A stretch of 64,000 bases of DNA from a virus, in IMG/VR virus record IMGVR_UViG_3300032287_001394; one strand, 5' to 3'. Position 1 is the stretch's first letter; every line of letters starts with the position of its first letter. Positions 40,533-50,506 of the stretch are shown one piece after another. The notes under the pieces are model-generated. The model saw nothing but the letters and a program-made list of their open reading frames with translations. It ran no database searches and had not been told where the DNA came from. Both the position numbers and the translations under genes were made by a program.

Positions 40533-41180
40533 ATGGCAAAAACACAGATATTAACTGCTCCCAATTTTACCCCTAGTTTTTTTGGTCATACTGGGCCAGT
40601 CGGTCCTAAAGTTGAGCATCATCACCATGATGACTATGAATTTGAGAAGGATTATTGGGGAGATTGTTGTAACACATTCGATGAAGATCAAAAGCATTAC
40701 GTCTATGCTAAACTCATGGGTCTAGAAAGAGATCATTATTCATTCAATGTTCATGGTGCAAGGATCCTTGATATTGGTGGAGGTCCAAGTTCAATGCTTT
40801 TGCAAACAAAAAATCTTAAGGCTGGTAAAGTAGTAGATCCTATTGCTTATCCTAAATGGACAGCTGATAGATATAAGATAAAGAATATTGAGGTTCAAGT
40901 AGGTCCTGGTGAAGAGATTGATGAAAAAGATTGGGATGAAGTATGGATCTATAATTGTTTACAACATGCAATTGATCCAGAAAAGATCATCAACCTTGCT
41001 AAGAAGTCTGCAAAGGTATTACGATTCTTTGAATGGATTGATATACCAGCGCATGATGGCCATCCACATGAATTAACAGAAGCCAACCTTGATAAGTGGA
41101 TTGGTCATAAAGGTTTTGTCACACAGCTAGCCGAACAGGGATGTTACGGTAAAGCATATTATGGAGCATTTATACTATGA
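40533..41180 (+). CDS. Class I SAM-dependent methyltransferase
   Basis: ILDIGGGP motif I; DEVWIYNCLQH..DP. Confidence 0.75.
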   Translation: MAKTQILTAPNFTPSFFGHTGPVGPKVEHHHHDDYEFEKDYWGDCCNTFDEDQKHYVYAKLMGLERDHYSFNVHGARILDIGGGPSSMLLQTKNLKAGKVVDPIAYPKWTADRYKIKNIEVQVGPGEEIDEKDWDEVWIYNCLQHAIDPEKIINLAKKSAKVLRFFEWIDIPAHDGHPHELTEANLDKWIGHKGFVTQLAEQGCYGKAYYGAFIL

Positions 41181-42322
41181 GATTTCACATCTTAGGTTTA
41201 CCGCATACCGTAACTTCTAAGGAGTATGTAGCATGTGCTTATACTCAGAAAGTTTGGAAGTTTGGTAAGATGATGACTGAACGTGGCCATGAAGTTATTC
41301 ATTATGGACATGAAGAGTCAGATGTTATTTGTACAGAGCATGTACCGGTAACTACTAATGAAGATTTAAAGATAGCTTATGGATCATATGACTGGCGTAA
41401 GAACTTCTTTAAATTTGATACAGGCGATCATGCATATCAAACATTCTATAAGAATGCTATCCGTGAAGTAGGTAAACGTAAGCAAAAGAACGACTTCATC
41501 CTACCATTCTGGGGATCTGGGACAAGGCCAGTATGCGATGCGCATCCAGACTTAATCACAGTTGAACCTGGTATTGGTTATGCCGGTGGTCATTGGGCAA
41601 AATACAAGATATTTGAATCGTATGCGATATATCATGCATATTATGGTCTTGGAGCTGTAGGTACTTGTAAACAAAATTTCTATGATGTAGTTATCCCTAA
41701 CTATTTTGATCCAGATGACTTTACGTTTTCTCCAGAAACCAAAGAAGACTACTGCTTATTCTTAGGTCGAGTCTATGAAGGCAAAGGTATCCACATCGCT
41801 ATTCAAGCCACTGCAGCTGCAGGTATGAAGCTTAAAGTTGCAGGTCAAAATAATTTAGAAGCATGTGGCTATAAAGAAATTCCGGCTCATGTTGAGTTTA
41901 TTGGTTATGCTGATGTAGAGAAGCGTAGAGAACTTATGTCAAAAGCTAAAGTATCATTCGTAGCATCTATGTACGTTGAACCATTTGGTGGAGTACAAGT
42001 TGAAAACTTGTTCTCTGGCACTCCTACAATCACTACTGATTGGGGTTCATTCACAGAGAACAATATTCATGGTGTTACAGGTTATCGCTGCCGTACATTT
42101 GAAGAATTTACTTGGGCTTTAAAAAACATAGATAAGATCAAACCTCAAGATTGTAGAGATTGGGCTATAAATAACTTCTCATTAGATAAAGTAGCTAAGA
42201 TGTATGAAGAATACTTCCAAGCGGTGCTTAATATCCATGGCGGTAAAGGTTGGTATGAAGAGAATAATATTCGTAACGACTTAGATTATAATTATAAGGC
42301 ATATCCTGGGCACACACGATAG
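41177..42322 (+). CDS. GT4-family (GT-B) glycosyltransferase
   Basis: VIPNYFD, LFLGRV..GKG, EPFGGVQVE (Ex7E), GTPTITTDWG.F.E..IHGVTG. Confidence 0.85.
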   Translation: MRFHILGLPHTVTSKEYVACAYTQKVWKFGKMMTERGHEVIHYGHEESDVICTEHVPVTTNEDLKIAYGSYDWRKNFFKFDTGDHAYQTFYKNAIREVGKRKQKNDFILPFWGSGTRPVCDAHPDLITVEPGIGYAGGHWAKYKIFESYAIYHAYYGLGAVGTCKQNFYDVVIPNYFDPDDFTFSPETKEDYCLFLGRVYEGKGIHIAIQATAAAGMKLKVAGQNNLEACGYKEIPAHVEFIGYADVEKRRELMSKAKVSFVASMYVEPFGGVQVENLFSGTPTITTDWGSFTENNIHGVTGYRCRTFEEFTWALKNIDKIKPQDCRDWAINNFSLDKVAKMYEEYFQAVLNIHGGKGWYEENNIRNDLDYNYKAYPGHTR

Positions 42323-42334
42323 ACGTTTATTTTA

Positions 42335-42342
42335 TATAAATA
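42335..42342 (+). promoter_or_regulatory. T4-type late promoter TATAAATA
   Basis: Exact motif before gp13. Confidence 0.8.
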
Positions 42343-42367
42343 ATAGAATAAACACTAGGAAATCGTC

Positions 42368-43381
42368 ATGGCCGTTACAAGCAGAGCAACCCTAACAGAA
42401 TACGCTTTAAGAGCCCTTGGTGAACCAGTAGTAGAGATCAACGTTGATGACTCCCAATTAGAGGAACGTATTGACGAAGCGCTTGATTACTGGAACCAAT
42501 ACCACTTTGATGGTGCAGAACGTATGTACCTCAAACAAAAGATCACAGCTTCAACCATCAGGATCGTTGGAACAAACTCAGAAGCATTCCCAGTAGGGAC
42601 TACTATAACTGGTGCTACTTCAGGAGCTACAGCTTCTGTGTGCACAGAATATGGTAGGACTGCCGCTAATAATATCATCATATGTAAAAACGTCACAATT
42701 GCTAATCTAGACACAAAACAACATAATGTCTTTAATGCTACTACGACGGGTGCATTTATTGCTGGCGAGACTATTACTGGTAGCAATGGAGCTACTGCAG
42801 TAGTACATGCAGACAAAGCTACTTTAGGTACATATGACCTTAAGTACTTCCCTATTCCTGACTACATCTATGGCATAACAAGAGTCATGCCGTTTAGTGC
42901 AGCATCAAGCTCAAAGAACTTATTCGACTTACAATACCAATTAAGACTTAACGACTTATATGACTTGACTTCAACGTCATTGATCTACTATAAGACGGTT
43001 ATGTCACACATATCATTACTTAACCTTGAGCTAAACGGATATCCTCTATATAGGTTTAACCGTATGATGGGTCGACTATCGCTCGATGTTAATTTAGATG
43101 CAGCGTTAGCCATGGGTGACTTCATCCTTGTAGAGTGCTACAGAGCATTAGATCCAACAGTATTCAGTAAAGTATGGAACGAACCATGGTTTAGACGCTA
43201 TGTAACAGCATTGTTTAAACGTCAATGGGCTACAAACATCAAAAAATTCCAAGGCATCCAACTACCAGGCGGTGTGACCATCGATGGTGATAAGTTATAT
43301 GCGGAAGCTATATCAGAGATCAAAGAGTTAGAAGACGAGATGCTTAATAAGTCAGCACCATTGGAGTTCTTCCTTGGCTAG
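42368..43381 (+). CDS. gp13: Neck protein gp13
   Basis: YALRALGEPVVEINVDDSQLEERIDEAL; KRQWATNIKKFQGIQLPGGVTIDG. Confidence 0.9.
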   Translation: MAVTSRATLTEYALRALGEPVVEINVDDSQLEERIDEALDYWNQYHFDGAERMYLKQKITASTIRIVGTNSEAFPVGTTITGATSGATASVCTEYGRTAANNIIICKNVTIANLDTKQHNVFNATTTGAFIAGETITGSNGATAVVHADKATLGTYDLKYFPIPDYIYGITRVMPFSAASSSKNLFDLQYQLRLNDLYDLTSTSLIYYKTVMSHISLLNLELNGYPLYRFNRMMGRLSLDVNLDAALAMGDFILVECYRALDPTVFSKVWNEPWFRRYVTALFKRQWATNIKKFQGIQLPGGVTIDGDKLYAEAISEIKELEDEMLNKSAPLEFFLG

Positions 43382-44510
43382 ATCAGTATACTTCTCTAAC
43401 GGGATTCGTTCAGAACAATTATTATACGAGGACATCATAGTTGAGTCAGTATCAGTATATGGACAAACATTCTACTATATTCCTAGAACTTTAGTAGGTA
43501 AAGACGAGATCCTCGGTGAAGACCGTTTATCTCAGTTTAAGTACGCATACGGCATCGAGATGTATCTTGAAACAGTGAATGGTTTTGAGGGTCAAGGCGC
43601 ATTCATACAGAAGTTTGGTTTGATGATGGAACAAAGCGCTACACTAACTGTAGCGCGTAGAAAATGGGAACAGCTTGTAGGACAACAAGGTCTATCAGTA
43701 TTGCCTAATAGACCAGCTGAGGGAGATTTATTATTCTTCCCTCTAACTGGTGGATTGTTTGAAATTAAGTTTGTTACTCATCAAGATCCATTCTATCAAG
43801 CTGGCAAATTATACGTATATAAATTACAAGTTGAGTTGTTCCAATACTCATCCGAACATATACAGACTGGCACTGCTTCTATAGATGTGTTTGAGACTCT
43901 TAAATCGTTTGACGACACTAAAGTTCCTAATGGAACCGTTACTGAAATTAAAGTAACTAACAGAGGATTTTCATATGAATCAGCTCCTACTATTGCTATA
44001 GGTACAGATTGGCAAGCAAGCACGGCTATAAACGTTGGTGACGAAGTATGTTATGCCGGTAGAAGATATATTTGTACTATTGCAGGTACTACAGCGGCGT
44101 CAGGACCAATACATGTAGCAAGTGAAGTTGATAATGGTACTGCAAGATTAGCGTTCTTTGGTTATAGAGCTACAGCAACAGCATATCTTGGAAATGGAGC
44201 AACTGCTAATGAAATAGTGAAGATATTAGTAACTGACGCAGGTTCAGGATATACATCTGCTCCACCAGTTATAATATCTGGAGGTGGAGGAGATCTTGCA
44301 GAAGCCGTAGCTATCATTGGCAACCTAGATAAACAAGATTCATACGGTGATAATAATAAATTTAAAGAAGAAGCACATGGTATCGTCTTTAATGAAGAGA
44401 ACCCATTTGGTGAACTATCAACATATTATGTAGCACCAACAGTAGGTGTATATTCAGACTCAACTACAACGACAGTAGACACAACAACAATAACAGCGGA
44501 CGAAATTTAA
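43374..44510 (+). CDS. gp14: Neck protein gp14 with accessory insertion
   Basis: [12 protein letters not shown]...YYIPR...ILGED...KFGL...RPAEGDL.FFP...FEIKFV...PFYQ...FNEENPFGE; TTG start with GGAG RBS. Confidence 0.88.
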   Translation: MARSVYFSNGIRSEQLLYEDIIVESVSVYGQTFYYIPRTLVGKDEILGEDRLSQFKYAYGIEMYLETVNGFEGQGAFIQKFGLMMEQSATLTVARRKWEQLVGQQGLSVLPNRPAEGDLLFFPLTGGLFEIKFVTHQDPFYQAGKLYVYKLQVELFQYSSEHIQTGTASIDVFETLKSFDDTKVPNGTVTEIKVTNRGFSYESAPTIAIGTDWQASTAINVGDEVCYAGRRYICTIAGTTAASGPIHVASEVDNGTARLAFFGYRATATAYLGNGATANEIVKILVTDAGSGYTSAPPVIISGGGGDLAEAVAIIGNLDKQDSYGDNNKFKEEAHGIVFNEENPFGELSTYYVAPTVGVYSDSTTTTVDTTTITADEI

Positions 44511-44511
44511 A

Positions 44512-45717
44512 ATGGCTAAACAAACAATTAATGTAGGAGCAACCGGTAATGATCGTACAGGTGATACTCTAAGAGTTGCTTTTACTAAAGTAAACGAAAA
44601 CTTTACTGAACTCTATACATCTTCTGCAAGAGGAGCGACTGGTCCTGTTGGAGCGTCTGGTCCAGGAAGCGGATCCACTGGTGCACAAGGTGCATCTGGT
44701 TCTACTGGATTAACAGGTTCAACTGGTGCATCAGGTATACGCGGAGCTTCTGGTTCTACAGGATTACCTGGTGCAACTGGTACTAGTACACAAGGCGCTA
44801 CAGGTGTTCAAGGAGTTGGTGGCGCGACAGGTACAGCAGGAAATAATGGATATGCTGGTGCGACGGGCACCACAGGCACAGCAGGAGCTAGTGGTATTCG
44901 TGGAGCTTCAGGTATTCAAGGTGCTTCAGGTTCAACAGGATTAACAGGTGCTACCGGTACAGGTTTAACCGGTGCTTCTGGAGTACAAGGTGCTTCAGGT
45001 TCAACAGGATTAACAGGTGCAACTGGTTCTGCTGGGGCAAGTGGAGTTGGTGCTACAGGTGCTGGTGTTCAAGGTGCTTCAGGTTCAACAGGATTAACAG
45101 GCGCAAGTGGAGTTGGTGCTTCTGGAGTTAACGGCGCTTCAGGTGTTGGTGCTACGGGTGCAACTGGTATACGCGGGGCTTCTGGTATACAAGGTGAAAC
45201 AGGAAATAGTGGAATCGCTGGGGCTACAGGTATAGCTGGTTCAACAGGTGCTACCGGTATTCGCGGTGCTAGTGGAATTGCAGGCAACGATGGAGCATTC
45301 GGTGCAACAGGTGCAACTGGTGTTCGCGGTGCTTCAGGTTCAACGGGTATTCAAGGTGCAAGTGGAGCTACAGGAATAGGTGCGACAGGTATTGGTGCTA
45401 CAGGTTTACAGGGTGCAAGTGGTTCTACAGGTTTACAAGGTGCGAGTGGTTCTACAGGGATTGGTGCTACAGGAATAACTGGTGCATCAGGTGCTACTGG
45501 CCCATCTGGTGGTCCTACTGGTGCAACAGGAATTCAAGGTGCATCAGGTGCTACAGGTGTTAGAGGAGCTTCTGGTGTAGGAGCAACTGGAGCTCAAGGA
45601 GCTTCTGGTATAGGCGCGACTGGACCTGCAGCTGAATTAAGTCTTGCAACATTTAAATCAACAGTTGCTGCATCTACAAGTTTTAATGACTTCAAAGCTA
45701 GAGTAGCTCTTCTATAA
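44512..45717 (+). CDS. Collagen-like virion fibre with gp9/gp10-type N-terminal anchor
   Basis: [31 protein letters not shown] followed by ~330 aa of Gly-X-Y dominated by GAT/GAS/GST. Confidence 0.75.
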   Translation: MAKQTINVGATGNDRTGDTLRVAFTKVNENFTELYTSSARGATGPVGASGPGSGSTGAQGASGSTGLTGSTGASGIRGASGSTGLPGATGTSTQGATGVQGVGGATGTAGNNGYAGATGTTGTAGASGIRGASGIQGASGSTGLTGATGTGLTGASGVQGASGSTGLTGATGSAGASGVGATGAGVQGASGSTGLTGASGVGASGVNGASGVGATGATGIRGASGIQGETGNSGIAGATGIAGSTGATGIRGASGIAGNDGAFGATGATGVRGASGSTGIQGASGATGIGATGIGATGLQGASGSTGLQGASGSTGIGATGITGASGATGPSGGPTGATGIQGASGATGVRGASGVGATGAQGASGIGATGPAAELSLATFKSTVAASTSFNDFKARVALL

Positions 45718-46445
45718 TGTTAAACGGACAAACCTATTATCATGGTGCAATTAGAAAGACGATCGTAGCATTTGGTCGTCTATTCTCTGACATCAAGATC
45801 GCAAGACAAGGCAATGATGGTAATGTTGCTCAGACGATTCAAGTGCCTCTTGCATATGCACCTAAGGAAAAATGGTTAGTACGTATCGATTCAGATCCAA
45901 ATCTTACTAATAATGTATATACAACGTTACCACGATTATCTTTCGAGATTACCGGGTATCATTATGATGCATCACGTAAGACGAATAAGATGAATAAGAT
46001 CGTATGTAAGGATCTGACTAACTCTGCAAATCCAATAGCTAAGACAGTATTCTCTCCAGCTCCATACAATATTGATATCAACTTATATATCTTGACTAAA
46101 ACTCAAGAAGATTCTATGCAGATCCTTGAACAGATTTTACCTGTATTCAACCCAGAATATACATTATCAATCAATGCATTGCCCGCTTTGGAGATAGTAC
46201 AAGATGTGCCGGTCATATTAAATAGTATCGCAGCAGAAGATAACTATGATGGCTCTTTCCAAGAAAGACGATTCGTTACACATACATTGTCATTTACTAT
46301 TAAAACAAACATCTACGGTCCAGTCACTGATAATGGTGTGATACTTACTACTACAGCAAACCTATCACAACCAGGTAGAAAATATACCGCTGTTGCTCCT
46401 TCAGTGGATGGTACTGTTACAGAAAACTGGGAAGCACAGTTTTAA
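45717..46445 (+). CDS. gp15: Tail terminator / sheath stabiliser gp15
   Basis: YHGAIRKTIVAFGRLFSDI...VPLAYAPKEKW...LPRLSFE...QILEQILPVFNP. Confidence 0.9.
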   Translation: MLNGQTYYHGAIRKTIVAFGRLFSDIKIARQGNDGNVAQTIQVPLAYAPKEKWLVRIDSDPNLTNNVYTTLPRLSFEITGYHYDASRKTNKMNKIVCKDLTNSANPIAKTVFSPAPYNIDINLYILTKTQEDSMQILEQILPVFNPEYTLSINALPALEIVQDVPVILNSIAAEDNYDGSFQERRFVTHTLSFTIKTNIYGPVTDNGVILTTTANLSQPGRKYTAVAPSVDGTVTENWEAQF

Positions 46446-48034
46446 TGTCAAAGAATTATAATGCCAATAGTCAGTTAAAAGCGGCTGGTGTTAATATCCC
46501 CTTTACTGAAGATCAAGTCAAAGAGTACATGAAGTGTGCTGCTGACCCGATCTACTTTATTGAAACGTATTGCAAGATCATATCACTTGATCATGGTCTT
46601 ATTGATTTTAAACTATATGAATGCCAAAAGGAAAAGGTGAAGGTAATACATGAGAATAGAAAAGTTATCCTTATGGAAGGTCGTCAACAAGGTAAGACGA
46701 CAACTAGTGCAGCATATATCCTTTGGTATACATTATTTCAAGAATCGAAACAAGTCGCGATCATGGCAAACAAAGCCACCGCCGCCCGTGAGGTCTTATA
46801 CAGGTATCAGTTGATGTATGAGAACCTTCCAATGTGGTTACAACAAGGTGTTACTACATGGAACAAGGGAGATATAGAACTTGAGAACAATTCAAAGGTG
46901 TTCACTGCAGCAACGACATCTTCTGGTATCCGCGGTAAATCTGTTAACATGCTATATGTCGACGAAGCTGCGATCATACCTAATAACGTAGCTGACGACT
47001 TCTTCACTTCTGTATATCCTACGATATCTGCGGGTGAAACGACAAAGATCTTATTAAGTTCTACTCCACTAGGTTATAATCACTTCTGGAAGTTTTGGAA
47101 CGATGCTGAGAATAAACGCAATGACTTCGTACCTCTATTCATACCATATACACGGATCCCAGGTAGGGATGAAAAATGGGCAGAAGCACAAAGGAGACAG
47201 CTTGGTGAGCTTAAATATAACCAAGAAGTGTTATGTACCTTCTTAGGTTCTGCACTCACTCTGGTGCGCTCAGATGTGATCGGGAGACTATCGCCGGCCA
47301 GAATCATATATAGTAAGGATGGTTTGGATGTGTATGATAAACCAATTAAAGATCATAGCTATTGTTTAGTAGCTGATACTGCAAAAGGTGTGGGTGGAGA
47401 TTACTCAACGTTCTCTATCGTAGACATCACAGAGTCGCCATATAAACAAGTGGCAAAGTATAGAGACAATAATATTAGTCCTATGCTATTCCCATCAGTG
47501 ATATATAAAGTAGCAACAGAATATAATCAGGCATACGTATTACTAGAAGTTAACTCTTCTGAACAAGTAGGAGCTATCCTTTACTCTGAGATGGAATATG
47601 AAAATATCCTATTTGTGAACAGGAATACAGACGGACAAGTAGTATCAGGCGGCTTCGGTGGTGGTAAAGCACAGCTAGGAGTTAATACTGATAGGAAAGT
47701 AAAAAGAATCGGTTGTATGAACTTCAAGGCCTTGGTCGAAGAGAATAGACTCTTAGTTCAAGACATTGATACTATACAAGAGATATCGACCTTCATCGAG
47801 AACAATAAAGGCTCTTACGAGGCTGATGAGGGTTATCATGATGACTTAGTTATGACATTAGTATTATTTGGGTGGTTGACCACAAATCCATACTTTAAAG
47901 ACCTAAACAACGTAAACATTAGGCAGATAATGTATGAAAACCGTATCAAGCAAATAGAGGATGAGCTAACCCCATTTGGATTCATGGATGATGGCAGGGG
48001 TAGCCAGGACGAACAGGTCCTATTGAATTTTTAA
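46445..48034 (+). CDS. gp17: Terminase large subunit gp17
   Basis: GRQQGKTT Walker A, YVDEAAI Walker B, SSTPLGYNHF, ADTAKGVGGDYS, HDDLVM nuclease motifs. Confidence 0.95.
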   Translation: MSKNYNANSQLKAAGVNIPFTEDQVKEYMKCAADPIYFIETYCKIISLDHGLIDFKLYECQKEKVKVIHENRKVILMEGRQQGKTTTSAAYILWYTLFQESKQVAIMANKATAAREVLYRYQLMYENLPMWLQQGVTTWNKGDIELENNSKVFTAATTSSGIRGKSVNMLYVDEAAIIPNNVADDFFTSVYPTISAGETTKILLSSTPLGYNHFWKFWNDAENKRNDFVPLFIPYTRIPGRDEKWAEAQRRQLGELKYNQEVLCTFLGSALTLVRSDVIGRLSPARIIYSKDGLDVYDKPIKDHSYCLVADTAKGVGGDYSTFSIVDITESPYKQVAKYRDNNISPMLFPSVIYKVATEYNQAYVLLEVNSSEQVGAILYSEMEYENILFVNRNTDGQVVSGGFGGGKAQLGVNTDRKVKRIGCMNFKALVEENRLLVQDIDTIQEISTFIENNKGSYEADEGYHDDLVMTLVLFGWLTTNPYFKDLNNVNIRQIMYENRIKQIEDELTPFGFMDDGRGSQDEQVLLNF

Positions 48035-48038
48035 TAGT

Positions 48039-48046
48039 TATAAATA
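48039..48046 (+). promoter_or_regulatory. T4-type late promoter TATAAATA
   Basis: Exact motif before gp18. Confidence 0.8.
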
Positions 48047-48106
48047 TATGTATAGAGGTGACTCTAGCTTATATCATAAAAAACCTAATTTAAGGAGAAA
48101 CAAAAA

Positions 48107-49843
48107 ATGCCGTTTCAATTATCTCCAGGAGTTGCGGTAGTCGAGAAAGACTTTTCTGCAATCGTTCCCGCAGTAGCTACTTCTGCTGGCGCTTTTGCTG
48201 GTGTGTTTGCATGGGGTCCAGTTCTTGATCCTGTAACAATTACATCTGAAAACGTTTTAGTTCAAAGATTTGGTAAACCAACAGATTCTAACTTTGACTC
48301 TTTCTTTACAGCAGCAAATTTCCTAGCATATACAAACAATTTGTTAGTGGTTCGTGTTGATACCGCTGACGCAAAAAACGCTGTTGCAACAGGTACTGCA
48401 GTTAAGATCAAAAACTTTGACCAATATTCAACTAGCTATTCTAATGGACAAGGTACGGTAGGCGAATGGGCTGCTAAATACCCAGGTGCTTTAGGTAATT
48501 CACTTAAAGTTTCTATGGCTGACTCACAAACATTTACTGGTTGGACATATGCAGATGAATTTGATTCTGCTCCTAGCACTTCTGCATTTGCTACATTAGT
48601 AGGTAGCACAAACGATGAGATACACGTTATCGTTATCGACGAAGATGGTCTATGGACAGGCGAACGTGGTGCAATTTTAGAAAAATTCTCTTATGTTTCT
48701 AAAGCTTCTAATGCTGTAAAATCAGATGGTACAAATAACTACTATAAAAACGTAATTAATAGTCAATCTAAATACATTTGGTGGATGGACCACACGACTG
48801 CTGTTACAACAACAGTAGCTGGTGCAGGTACTTCAGGTGTTAATTGGGGAACAGACGCATTAAATAATGGATTTAAAGATCTTACTGGCGTTGTAACTAA
48901 ATCATTAGCTGGCGGAGTAGATGACTTATCAGCTACAGACGGTGAATTACAAGCTGGATTTGCCATATTTGCTAACGCAGAACAATATGACATCTCTTTA
49001 ATCCCAGTTGGTAAGGTTTCAGAAACTGTTGCAGAATATGTAATTAATAATGTTGCTGAAGTACGTTTAGACTGTGTAGCATTTATTTCTCCACAATACA
49101 TCGTTGGTAATGCTTCAGGTGGTACTGATCGTGATGTTATTCAAGGTGGTACACTCAGTGATATGGTTGATGCATTGAATGAATATAGAAATGAATTACC
49201 AAGTTCATCATACGCAGTATTAGATTCTGGTTCTAAATATCAATATGACCGTTATAATGACAAATATAGATTTGTTCCATTAAATGGCGATATCGCTGGT
49301 TTATCTGCACGTACAGATTATACTAATGATCCATGGTATTCACCCGCTGGTTTAAATCGTGGTCAAGTTAAGAACGTTGTTAAACTTGCGGTAAATCCAG
49401 GTAAAACTGAGAGAGATAACCTTTACAAAAATGGCGTTAACCCAGTGGTTAACTTCCCTGGTCAAGGTACAGTACTCTTCGGTGACAAGACTCTTCTAGC
49501 TAAACCAAGTGCATTTGACCGTATCAACGTACGTCGTTTATTCATCGTACTTGAAAAAGCTATTGCTACAGCTGCTAAATATCAATTATTTGAATTCAAT
49601 GACAGCTTCACAAGAGCACAATTTAAGAACCTCATTGAGCCATTCTTAAGAGATGTTCAAGGTCGTAGAGGTGTTACTGACTTTAGAGTTAAATGTGATG
49701 ATACAAATAATACAGGAGAAGTTATCGATCGCAATGAATTTATTGCTGATATCTTTATCAAACCTAACCGTTCGATCAACTTCATTACGCTTAACTTCAT
49801 TGCTGCAAGATCAGCGGTTTCTTTCAGTGAAATCGGTGCATAG
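48107..49843 (+). CDS. gp18: Tail sheath protein gp18
   Basis: LSPGVAVVEKD, FAWGP, PWYSPAGLNRG, FDRINVRRLFI, IKPNRSINFITLNF. Confidence 0.95.
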   Translation: MPFQLSPGVAVVEKDFSAIVPAVATSAGAFAGVFAWGPVLDPVTITSENVLVQRFGKPTDSNFDSFFTAANFLAYTNNLLVVRVDTADAKNAVATGTAVKIKNFDQYSTSYSNGQGTVGEWAAKYPGALGNSLKVSMADSQTFTGWTYADEFDSAPSTSAFATLVGSTNDEIHVIVIDEDGLWTGERGAILEKFSYVSKASNAVKSDGTNNYYKNVINSQSKYIWWMDHTTAVTTTVAGAGTSGVNWGTDALNNGFKDLTGVVTKSLAGGVDDLSATDGELQAGFAIFANAEQYDISLIPVGKVSETVAEYVINNVAEVRLDCVAFISPQYIVGNASGGTDRDVIQGGTLSDMVDALNEYRNELPSSSYAVLDSGSKYQYDRYNDKYRFVPLNGDIAGLSARTDYTNDPWYSPAGLNRGQVKNVVKLAVNPGKTERDNLYKNGVNPVVNFPGQGTVLFGDKTLLAKPSAFDRINVRRLFIVLEKAIATAAKYQLFEFNDSFTRAQFKNLIEPFLRDVQGRRGVTDFRVKCDDTNNTGEVIDRNEFIADIFIKPNRSINFITLNFIAARSAVSFSEIGA

Positions 49844-49845
49844 CA

Positions 49846-49853
49846 TATAAATA
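49846..49853 (+). promoter_or_regulatory. T4-type late promoter TATAAATA
   Basis: Exact motif between gp18 and gp19. Confidence 0.8.
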
Positions 49854-49879
49854 ATAAAGAGAAAATTAAAGGATAAACT

Positions 49880-50476
49880 ATGGCAAATATTAGCGATTTT
49901 AAAGCACAACTGATTGGTGGCGGAGCACGTGCCAATCAGTTTAGTGTCGAGTTAACATTCCCTGCATATGTTGTCGGTGGACCTGCTGTTGGATTACAAT
50001 CACAGTTCTTATGTAAAGCTGCTCAATTACCAGCTTCAAACGTAGAGAATATGCCGATTCAATATCGTGGTCGTGCTGTTAACTTTGCTGGCGAAAGAGT
50101 ATTCCAACCATGGACAGTAGCCATCTATAATGACACATCATTTAACATCCGTAATGCGATGGAAAAATGGTCAGATGGAGTACAAAATCATAGCCAAACA
50201 AATGGTAGAACAAACCCAAGAGACTATCAAGTGGACTTAAGAGTTCATCAGTTAGATCGTAATGGTGCTATCGTTAAGAGCTATAAGTTCCATGACGCGT
50301 ATCCAACAACTATCGGTGCGATAGCAGTTGACTATGATACAGTTAATCAAATGGAAATCTTTGATGTTGAATTTACTTACAACTATTGGACATCTGATAC
50401 AAGTACAGCTGGTTCGAACTTCGGTGTTAAGGTTGCTGTTAACACACCGATTGGTACGTTCCCTATCAACATTTAG
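49880..50476 (+). CDS. gp19: Tail tube protein gp19
   Basis: GGGARANQFSV, FLCKAAQLP, RGRAVNFAGER.F.PWTV.IYND. Confidence 0.95.
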   Translation: MANISDFKAQLIGGGARANQFSVELTFPAYVVGGPAVGLQSQFLCKAAQLPASNVENMPIQYRGRAVNFAGERVFQPWTVAIYNDTSFNIRNAMEKWSDGVQNHSQTNGRTNPRDYQVDLRVHQLDRNGAIVKSYKFHDAYPTTIGAIAVDYDTVNQMEIFDVEFTYNYWTSDTSTAGSNFGVKVAVNTPIGTFPINI

Positions 50477-50506
50477 TTGGTAATTTATAATTAAGTAAGG
50501 TATATT

